This document shows, piece by piece, positions 51,186 to 58,201 of a stretch of 64,000 nt of DNA. Numbering within the stretch: position 1 is the stretch's first letter; each line of letters opens with the position of its first letter. The stretch is from an uncultured Acidobacteriota bacterium (lineage in GTDB: Bacteria; Acidobacteriota; Vicinamibacteria; Vicinamibacterales; CAVVIG01). Location: NCBI GenBank assembly GCA_963757655.1, contig CAVWSQ010000001.1, forward strand, positions 742,897-806,896, written 5' to 3'. The notes beneath the pieces were generated by a model that saw only the letters and a program-made list of their open reading frames with translations, was not told the DNA's origin and made no database searches. Position numbers and translations under genes: made by a program.

Positions 51186-52506
51186 GCTGGAGATTGTAGT
51201 GTACCTGGCTTGACGCGAGCACCGGCAGCTCCGAATCGATCGTAAAGACCACCTGCGCATGTGCGGCGCGCAGGGCGCGACAGACCTCGTCGGGATACGC
51301 CGCGCGCGCGAAGATGAACCCGAGGTAGCTGGCGCCTTCGGGCAGCGGCACGAGCAGTTGATCCGGCTTGGCGGTGATGTGAATCGCGTCGACGCCAGGC
51401 ACGGCGCGCGCCTCATCGACACCGTCCACTCCGCGCAACGTACCGCGCTTCGGAATCGGAATCATCATGACGCCGCTGGCGCAGTCCTCACGCTGGTAAG
51501 GCGCCGGGTCTTCGCCGAGAGCATGACACAGCAGGATCTCCTCGAGGGAGATTGCAGCGTGCGGAGGGCTGAGTGCAGAGTGGCTGCTGCCTGTCGATCC
51601 GAATCGGAGCGCGCGGGCGCACAGGCCGCCGATCGGTCGGGCCGCGACTTCCAGCACAAAGACACCGTCCGGATTCACGCGACACTCGGCATGAACCGCA
51701 CCGTGCCGCAGTCCGAGCGCGTCTGCCGCGCGCGCCACGCCGTCCACGATCGCGCGCTGGGTTTCGGCGCTGGCGGACGAAGGCGTCACGTAGATGGTTT
51801 CCTCGAAGAACGGGCCGTCCAATGGATCGGGCTTGTCGAAGATCGCGAGCGTCTGCAGACGCCCATGCTGCAACAGACCTTCGAGGGCGAACTCGGGGCC
51901 GGGAATGAAGCCCTCGACCAGCGCCGCCGCGTGGGCGTCGTTGCGCTCGACGCGAACGTCGGGCTGCCGCATCAGCGACTGCAGCCGCCTGAAGGCGCGA
52001 GCCAGACCCTGCTCATCGTCGGCACGCATGACACCGCGGCTTCCCGACAGGGCCACGGGTTTCAGCACGCACGGGTAACTCAAGGATCGACGGTCGATGG
52101 CTGCAAGCCCGTCGGCGATGGCTGCAGGCGTGAACCACGGCACCGGAAGACCGGCCTGTCGCAGACGCTCGCGCGTGAGTTGCTTGTGCCCGGCCGCCGC
52201 CGCGGCTTCGGGGGAATGCCATGGCAGGCCCAGGCGTTCGGCAACGCGCGCGGCGATAACCGTCGGCCGGTCTCCAACGACCAGCAGACCATCGAGACGC
52301 CGGATTGCCGCCGACTCGAGGATCGCGGCCACCGCTGCGTCCTCCTCGTAAAATCGGATCGGAATCGCGTGGTCGTGCCACGGATCCTCGATGAGGTGAC
52401 AGCGATCGGTCGCGAAGACCAGCTCCACCTGGAGCCGGGCCGCAGCCTCACCGAAAGCGCGCGTCTGGTACCCAGTGGTGGTGGCGAGAATCAGGACACG
52501 CGGCAT
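51178..52506 (-). CDS. ATP-grasp domain protein (carboxylate-amine/L-amino-acid ligase-like)
   Basis: PreATP-grasp N domain MPRVLILATTTGYQTRAF. YPCVLKPVALSGSRGVMRAD, VEGFIPGPEFALEG, HAECRVNPDGVFVLEVAARPIGG. Confidence 0.85.
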   Translation of the reverse strand: MPRVLILATTTGYQTRAFGEAAARLQVELVFATDRCHLIEDPWHDHAIPIRFYEEDAAVAAILESAAIRRLDGLLVVGDRPTVIAARVAERLGLPWHSPEAAAAAGHKQLTRERLRQAGLPVPWFTPAAIADGLAAIDRRSLSYPCVLKPVALSGSRGVMRADDEQGLARAFRRLQSLMRQPDVRVERNDAHAAALVEGFIPGPEFALEGLLQHGRLQTLAIFDKPDPLDGPFFEETIYVTPSSASAETQRAIVDGVARAADALGLRHGAVHAECRVNPDGVFVLEVAARPIGGLCARALRFGSTGSSHSALSPPHAAISLEEILLCHALGEDPAPYQREDCASGVMMIPIPKRGTLRGVDGVDEARAVPGVDAIHITAKPDQLLVPLPEGASYLGFIFARAAYPDEVCRALRAAHAQVVFTIDSELPVLASSQVHYNLQHG

Positions 52507-52561
52507 CGTCGTTCGACGTTCGTCGTTCTCCGTTCGTCGTTCAAAGTCGTCGTTCGTCGGT
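52507..52561. repeat. Heptanucleotide tandem array (CGTCGTT family, = GTCGTTN)
   Basis: cgtcgtt cgacgtt cgtcgtt ctccgtt cgtcgtt caaagt cgtcgtt cgtcggt, beginning at the base after the ATP-grasp start codon. Shares the 22-mer cgtcgttcgacgttcgtcgttc with the 58201 array. Confidence 0.9.
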
Positions 52562-52579
52562 GGTGAACCACGAACGACG
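52548..52579 (-). terminator. Strong hairpin just after the extended radical SAM stop (terminator-like, weak U-tract)
   Basis: Minus-strand CGUCGUUCGU-GGUUCACCACCG-ACGAACGACG: 10-bp perfect stem, and the loop can add 3 more pairs. Followed by ACUUUGA. One arm belongs to the heptamer array. Confidence 0.35.
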
Positions 52580-52581
52580 CG

Positions 52582-54021
52582 CTACACCAGAGCCAACTGC
52601 TCCGCATCCGGCTCCGCTCAACAGTACCAGGGTTCATTCAGATAGGGAACCGTCGCACGGGCTCGCGCCGGGCGGGTATCGGGCGGACAGGGTAACCCGC
52701 TGCGCTCGTGTGCGAGGGTCCGGACCTGCGCGAACAACCGGCGACGATCGGAAGTCAGCCGGCTCCCGACCAGGGTCATGACGTCGTGCTGGAGCTCGTC
52801 GACTCGGGGATCGGGATGCGTCCAGCGGTAGGTCAGCGTCGATTCGTCGAAAGTCCCGAGATGCGCGCGCATCTCGGCCACCTCCAGCAGCCGCGAACCC
52901 TGCGGAACCAGCAGGCGAATCGCCAGTTGAATGGGCGCCACGTGATCGACGAGATCGAGGGCGTCGATGGTGTCGAGCAGATCGCAGTACGACGCCAGCG
53001 TCAACCACGGGTGAAACGCGACGAAGGTTGGCACCAGCGTGACGCCGGCGTCGCGGCATAGCGCGACCGCCTCCAGGAAACCGGCCCGGGTGTGGCCTTT
53101 GTCGAACCGGCGCAGCACATCGTCATCGATCGATTCGACCGCGCTGGTCACGAAGGCGCAGCCGGCGGCGGCAAGCTGCGGCACTAGGTCGCGATGCTGC
53201 AACAGATGTTCGACCTTGATCGTGACGTCGAAGCTGACCCCGGGGTGCGCCTCGTGCAGTCCCGCCACGATCCGCATGGCGTGGGTGGGGCCATTGAAGA
53301 AATCCGGATCGCCGAAGGTGATGTGCCGCGCGCCGGCCGCGACCTGTGCGGCGACATCGGCCGCGACGATGTCGGCCTGCACGATCCGAAACTGCCCGGC
53401 GTAGACCGGCACCACAGGGCAATGCCGGCACAAGTGGCGACACCCGCGGCTCGCCTCGGTATAGCCGACCAGCCGGCGCTCGCCGCCCGGCATCTGCAAC
53501 GTCGCGTATTTCGAAAGCGGCGGCAGCCCGGTCCGATCGGGAACGAGAAAGTGAATCCGTGGCAGCGGAGGCCTCTCGGCAACAACCGCCGAGTCTGCGG
53601 GGAGCGCTGAGACGCTGTGGCTCTGCGAGCGTTGCGGTCTCCGCGGTTTTTTCTGCGTCGTGTCGTCCGCCCACGCCGCCAGACCCTCCTCGAACTCTCC
53701 GCCGAAGATTTCGTCCACCCCGAGGCGGTGCAGCCAGCCGGCATTGAGCGGCGCGTACAAGCCGAACGCGCAGATGCGCGCCGGCGGGTTCTCCCGCCGC
53801 GTGGCCGCAATCAGCGGGCCGGCCAGTCGCGTCGCGGTGTGCATCGGCAGATGAAACCCGACCAGGTGCGGCCCGCGCAGGTTGTCGAGGCTCAGCTTCT
53901 CTTTCGCGGCATCGAGGCACGCGACCGTCCATCCGTCGCTGCGCAGCCATGCCGCAGCCGACGCCAACCCGAAAGGCTGGCGTCCCATCTCGTAGGTGCT
54001 GATCAGAAGCGCGCTGCGCAT
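52582..54021 (-). CDS. B12-binding-domain radical SAM enzyme with C-terminal Cys-Sec tail (CUAEP-type); UGA 52618-52620 read as selenocysteine
   Basis: The ORF-track product ends ...TVPYLNEPWYC at TGA. In-frame continuation: TGT TGA GCG GAG CCG GAT GCG GAG CAG TTG GCT CTG GTG TAG = C-U-A-E-P-D-A-E-Q-L-A-L-V-stop. Radical SAM motif CRHLCRHC. B12-binding-like N domain. Confidence 0.75.
52588..52616 (-). promoter_or_regulatory. Candidate bacterial SECIS hairpin immediately 3' of the UGA
   Basis: RNA nt +2..+30 after UGA: CGGAGCC-GGA-UGC-GGA-GCA-GUU-GGCUCUG. That gives 7 bp (one G-U), two G-U pairs plus one A-G mismatch, 3 bp, and a GGA apical loop 15-17 nt after UGA. Hand-folded only. Confidence 0.4.
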
Positions 54022-54027
54022 GCCGTC

Positions 54028-54038
54028 ACAATCATTGT
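54028..54038. promoter_or_regulatory. Palindrome ACAAT-C-ATTGT in the 29-bp divergent region between the radical SAM and POT genes
   Basis: Read directly at 54028-54038. It is the only symmetric element in the very short intergenic region 54022-54050. Confidence 0.3.
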
Positions 54039-54050
54039 ATTCTTCGGGCC

Positions 54051-55541
54051 ATGTCTGTTGTTGCGGACGCGCGCCCGTACGATCACGCGTTCTTTGGTCA
54101 CCCGCGCGGGCTCTCGGTGCTCTTTTTCACCGAGATGTGGGAGCGGTTCAGCTACTACGGCATGCGTGCGCTGCTCATCCTGTTCATGACCGCACCCACC
54201 ACCGCAGGCGGACTCGGATTCGACACCGGCGTGGCTGGCGCGCTCTACGGCCTGTACACGTCGATGGTGTATATGACCAGCCTGCCTGGTGGATGGATCG
54301 CGGACCGCCTGATCGGTCAGCGCCGCGCCGTGCTCTACGGCGGCATCATCATCGCCTGCGGCCATTTCGCGATGGCGGTGCAGTCGCTCACCACCTTCTA
54401 CATCGGGCTCACCCTCATCGTGCTCGGCACCGGCCTGCTGAAGGGCAACGCCGCGGTGATCGTGGGTGCCCTGTATGCGCCGCAGGACGCCCGCCGCGAC
54501 GCCGGCTTCTCGATCTATTACATGGGCATCAACCTCGGCGCGTTCATCGCGCCGCTGGTCTGCGGTTATCTCGGCCAGCGGGTCAACTGGCACATCGGAT
54601 TCGGCGCCGCTGGCGTCGGCATGGTGCTCGGCGTCGTGCAGTACCTCTTCGGCGCGAAGTACCTCGGCGACGCCGGGCTCCACCCGACGCCGGCTGCCTC
54701 TCCAGCGGCCGCGGCCGCGTTGCAGACGCGCACCATCATGGTCGGCGCCCTCAGCATGGCGGCCGTGATGGCGCTCGGGTTCGGGATGTATTCCGGCGCC
54801 GTGCCGATCACCGCCAAGCAGATCGCCGATGCCGCCGGCTGGGTGCTGGTCGCGATCGTCGTGGTGTTCTTTGCGTGGCTGTTCCTGGCGGCGGACTGGA
54901 CTCCGGCGGAGCGGCGGCGGCTGTATGCCATCGCGGCGCTGTTTGTCGCCTCCCTGATCTTCTGGTCTCAGTTCGAACAGGCCGGCTCGACGCTCAATCT
55001 GTTCGGCGATCGCAACACCCGCACCTCGGTGTTGGGGTGGTCGTTCCCCAGCAGCTACTACCAGTCGCTGCAGCCGCTGTTCATCATCACCTTCGCGCCG
55101 ATCTTCGCGTGGGTCTGGGTCCGCCTCGGCAGACACGACCCATCGAGCCCGGCTAAGTTCGGGCTCGGGCTGTTGTTTGTCGGCAGCGGGTTCGCGCTGC
55201 TGGCGGTGGCCGCGCTGCTGTCGGCCCACGACGTCAAAGTTTCGCCGTGGTGGCTCGTCGTGACCTACCTGCTGCACACCTGGGGCGAGCTCTCACTCAG
55301 CCCTGTCGGTTTGAGCGCGACCTCGAAGCTGGCGCCCGCACGGGTGGTCGGCCTGATGATGGGCGTCTTCTACCTGGCGATTTCCGTCGGGAACTTCATC
55401 GGCGGACGCCTGGCGTCGCTCTACGAATCGATGCCGCTGGCCCGCCTGTTCGGCGCCATCGGTGCGGTCGGTCTGGTGGCCGGCCTGGTGATGTTCGCGC
55501 TCACGCCGCCGATCAAGCGGCTGATGGGTAACGTAAATTAG
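54051..55541 (+). CDS. POT/PTR2 family proton-dependent di/tripeptide transporter
   Basis: FFGHPRGLSVLFFTEMWERFSYYGMRALLILFM (ExxERFxYY motif), GGWIADRLIGQRR, 14-TM pattern. Confidence 0.9.
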   Translation: MSVVADARPYDHAFFGHPRGLSVLFFTEMWERFSYYGMRALLILFMTAPTTAGGLGFDTGVAGALYGLYTSMVYMTSLPGGWIADRLIGQRRAVLYGGIIIACGHFAMAVQSLTTFYIGLTLIVLGTGLLKGNAAVIVGALYAPQDARRDAGFSIYYMGINLGAFIAPLVCGYLGQRVNWHIGFGAAGVGMVLGVVQYLFGAKYLGDAGLHPTPAASPAAAAALQTRTIMVGALSMAAVMALGFGMYSGAVPITAKQIADAAGWVLVAIVVVFFAWLFLAADWTPAERRRLYAIAALFVASLIFWSQFEQAGSTLNLFGDRNTRTSVLGWSFPSSYYQSLQPLFIITFAPIFAWVWVRLGRHDPSSPAKFGLGLLFVGSGFALLAVAALLSAHDVKVSPWWLVVTYLLHTWGELSLSPVGLSATSKLAPARVVGLMMGVFYLAISVGNFIGGRLASLYESMPLARLFGAIGAVGLVAGLVMFALTPPIKRLMGNVN

Positions 55542-55592
55542 TCGTTAGTCGTTAGTCGTTAGTCGTTGGTCGTTGGTCGTTGGTCGTTGGTC
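55541..55592. repeat. Heptanucleotide tandem array (GTCGTTA)3(GTCGTTG)4
   Basis: Read directly. The first G is the last base of the POT stop codon TAG. The array ends 7 nt before the LigD-PE ATG at 55599. Confidence 0.95.
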
Positions 55593-55598
55593 TCAGCC

Positions 55599-56381
55599 AT
55601 GGCACTTGAAGAATACAAACGGAAACGCGATTTCAAGAAGACACCCGAGCCCGACGGTGTGGTCGCTCCCAAACGGTCGGAGCGGTTTTTTTGTGTGCAG
55701 AAGCACCTGGCGAGCCATCTGCACTACGACTTTCGACTCGAGCACAACGGCGTGCTGCTCTCGTGGGCGGTGCCCAAGGGACCGTCGCTCGATCCAAAGA
55801 CCAAGCGGCTCGCCATGCAGACCGAGGATCATCCCTTTGCCTATGGCGAGTTCGAGGGTGTGATCCCCGAGGGCTACGGCGCCGGGATCGTGATGCTCTG
55901 GGACAAAGGGACCTGGACGCCCGAGCAGGACGATGTGGATGCGGCGCTGAAACAAGGCGACCTCAAGTTCACGCTCGACGGCTACAAGCTGAAGGGATCG
56001 TGGGTGCTCGTGAAGACCGGCGGCCGCTACGCCGGCGCGCGCGGCGGCGGCGACCGCACGTGGCTGCTGATCAAGCATCGTGACGACTGGGCTGGCGACG
56101 TCGACATCGCGGAATTCGCGCCGCGCAGCGTGAAGAGCGGCGGCGATTTCGAAGACATTCTTGCCGAGGACAACCCCGCGATCTGGCACACGAACCGGCC
56201 GGCCAAGGGCGGTGACGCCGGCGCGGCGTTCGAGACGATCATCGCCCGCGCCGCCGAGATCAAGGCCGCGCGAGCCACGCACACCAAGGTCGCGAAGGGT
56301 TCGAAAGGTGCAAAGCAAGGGCCGGGCCGGAAGGCGCCGGCGTCCAAGTCGACGAAGAAGACTCCCGCGCGAAAAAAATGA
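55599..56381 (+). CDS. Stand-alone DNA ligase D 3'-phosphoesterase (PE) domain protein with Lys-rich tail
   Basis: MALEEYKRKRDFKKTPEP...FCVQKHLASHLHYDFRLEHNGVLLSWAVPKGPSLDPKTKRLAMQTEDHPFAYGEFEGVIPEGYGAG...FTLDGYKLKGSWVLV is the LigD PE signature. Tail KVAKGSKGAKQGPGRKAPASKSTKKTPARKK. Confidence 0.85.
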   Translation: MALEEYKRKRDFKKTPEPDGVVAPKRSERFFCVQKHLASHLHYDFRLEHNGVLLSWAVPKGPSLDPKTKRLAMQTEDHPFAYGEFEGVIPEGYGAGIVMLWDKGTWTPEQDDVDAALKQGDLKFTLDGYKLKGSWVLVKTGGRYAGARGGGDRTWLLIKHRDDWAGDVDIAEFAPRSVKSGGDFEDILAEDNPAIWHTNRPAKGGDAGAAFETIIARAAEIKAARATHTKVAKGSKGAKQGPGRKAPASKSTKKTPARKK

Positions 56382-56393
56382 TGGGTTGTGTCG

Positions 56394-57368
56394 TTATCCG
56401 TCGACGAGCAGGCGCTTCGACAGCACGCTCCAGACCGCGTACGCCAGCCGGAGCCGGTCGTGGCGCGCGATCTCGCCAGCCCAGAATTCTCCGCCGACCA
56501 GCTCGCAGTGCGCGGGGAGGTCGCCCGGCGCCAGCGGCTCCTTGTGTTCCTGCGCGTACCGGCTCAGCACCTGCGGCGACGGCCACTTCATGTTGGTAAT
56601 GACGACATCGACCTTGCGGCCGGTGGCCTCTTCAATGCGCGCGACGGCGTCGGCGGCGGTGAATCCGAGCATGCCCCGCCCCTCGGTCAACAGGTTGGCA
56701 ATAAGAATGATCGGCCCTTTCATCTCCGCCAGCGCCTCGCCGACACCACGCACGAGGAAGATCGGCATCAGGCTGGTATAGAAGCTGCCTGGACCGATGA
56801 TCACGGCGTCGAACTGACAGATGGCCTTGGCCACCAGCGGATGAATCGAGACCGGAGGCTCGAGCCAGATCCGGCGCACGAACTGTCCGGACGTCTGTCC
56901 GGCGTCCACTTCCACCTCGCCGCGCGTCGCCGATCCGTCGCCATATTCCGCGCACACCGATGCCTGCTCCACACTGACCGGCCACACCCGCCCGCGGCAG
57001 CCAAGCAGCGCGCGCAAGCCGTCGATGGCGTCGAGGAAATCACCGCTGTAGCGCTGCATCATCGACAACAGCAGGTTGCCGCCGGTGTGTCCGCCGAGCT
57101 TCGCGTGCTCGAGCGTCGGCAGACGCGCGAGCAGGACGCGGCGCGCTTCCCGCGCGTTGCGCGCAAGGGCGAGCGCGCATTTCAGGATGTCGCCGGGCGG
57201 CAGGACGCCGAGCTCGTCACGCAACTGCCCCGAACTGCCGCCGCTGTCGAACATCGTGACGACGGCATTGAGGTGCAGCCACGGGTTCTGGTTCAGTCCG
57301 CCGAGCAGGCTGGGCAAGCCCGTGCCTCCGCCGAAGCAGCCGACGTTGAACTGGCGCAAGCGCATCAC
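56394..57368 (-). CDS. YvcK/CofD family protein (gluconeogenesis factor / UDP-sugar-binding type)
   Basis: VGCFGGGTGLPSLLGGL...VVTMFDSGGSSGQLRDELGVLPPGDI...IGPGSFYTSLMPI. Confidence 0.85.
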   Translation of the reverse strand: MMRLRQFNVGCFGGGTGLPSLLGGLNQNPWLHLNAVVTMFDSGGSSGQLRDELGVLPPGDILKCALALARNAREARRVLLARLPTLEHAKLGGHTGGNLLLSMMQRYSGDFLDAIDGLRALLGCRGRVWPVSVEQASVCAEYGDGSATRGEVEVDAGQTSGQFVRRIWLEPPVSIHPLVAKAICQFDAVIIGPGSFYTSLMPIFLVRGVGEALAEMKGPIILIANLLTEGRGMLGFTAADAVARIEEATGRKVDVVITNMKWPSPQVLSRYAQEHKEPLAPGDLPAHCELVGGEFWAGEIARHDRLRLAYAVWSVLSKRLLVDG

Positions 57369-57416
57369 GGCATTCTACAAGTTGTCGTCGTCGAGTACCG
57401 GATGGCCGGCTGAACG

Positions 57417-57444
57417 CTGACGGCCGAGCGGAAGCTACTAGAAT
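57417..57444 (+). promoter_or_regulatory. Sigma70-like promoter candidate for a leaderless transcript
   Basis: CTGACG (57417-22), 16-nt spacer, TAGAAT (57439-44). The second in-frame ATG at 57452 lies 7 nt after the -10 hexamer. No SD. Confidence 0.35.
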
Positions 57445-58201
57445 GGTGGGCATGGTGCTCTCCGACGCCGTGCAGACGCTCGAACGAGACCTCCGCCGCA
57501 TCTTCGGCAGCCGTTTCCAGGCGCTGGTCATCTATGGCCAGCGCCGGCAGACCGGTCGACAGGCGCCGGGCGATCGCCACGACGGACATGCCGGACCCGA
57601 CGCGCCACTCCTTCACACGCTTGCGGTGGTCGACGCGATGACTTCCGGCGATCTGGATGCCTGCGCCGTGCGCATCGACGCGTGGCACGAGGCCGGTCTG
57701 GCCACGCCGCTCCTGATCGCGGACCACGAGTTCGAGCAGTCGCTCGACGCCTTCCCGCTCGAGTTCGGCGCCATCCTCGCCGACCACTCGGTGGTTGCCG
57801 GCGTGAGTCCGTTCACCTCGCTCGCGGTCGATCCCGCCGACCTCCGGCGCGCATGCGAGGTGCAGGCACGCAGTCATCTACTGCACCTGCGGGAAGGCTT
57901 GCTCGAAACGCGCGGGCGCGCCGATGCCCTGGCCCTGCTGATCGTGCGCTCCGCCGCTGCGTTCGCGGCGCTGGTCACGAGCATCGCGGGGCTCGAAGGG
58001 CATGCCACCGACGATACCGCGTCGGCGGCTCGCCACGTGGAGCGCACGCTCGGCACGCCGAACAGCGCGATTGCCGAAGTCACCCGGCTGGCCGACGCTC
58101 ACGACATCTCCTCGGCGGACGCCGAACGTCTGTTCGGGCCCTACCTCGACGCGGTCGATCGGCTGGTTCAGTACGTCGACGGATGGACGCGTGCGAGTTA
58201 G
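57443..58201 (+). CDS. Hypothetical protein (helical; possible degenerate nucleotidyltransferase-like fold)
   Basis: Coding-like composition with no recognisable catalytic motif. Start ATG 57443 or 57452. First gene of the TPM/LemA operon. Confidence 0.6.
   Translation: MVGMVLSDAVQTLERDLRRIFGSRFQALVIYGQRRQTGRQAPGDRHDGHAGPDAPLLHTLAVVDAMTSGDLDACAVRIDAWHEAGLATPLLIADHEFEQSLDAFPLEFGAILADHSVVAGVSPFTSLAVDPADLRRACEVQARSHLLHLREGLLETRGRADALALLIVRSAAAFAALVTSIAGLEGHATDDTASAARHVERTLGTPNSAIAEVTRLADAHDISSADAERLFGPYLDAVDRLVQYVDGWTRAS

Noticed and set aside
52548-52579. The strong hairpin as the SECIS element for the UGA at 52618
   Set aside because: It starts about 39 nt after the UGA and lies beyond the read-through TAG stop. 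One arm is part of the heptamer array. The weaker hairpin at 52588-52616 is in the canonical position, so this one is more likely a terminator or processing structure.
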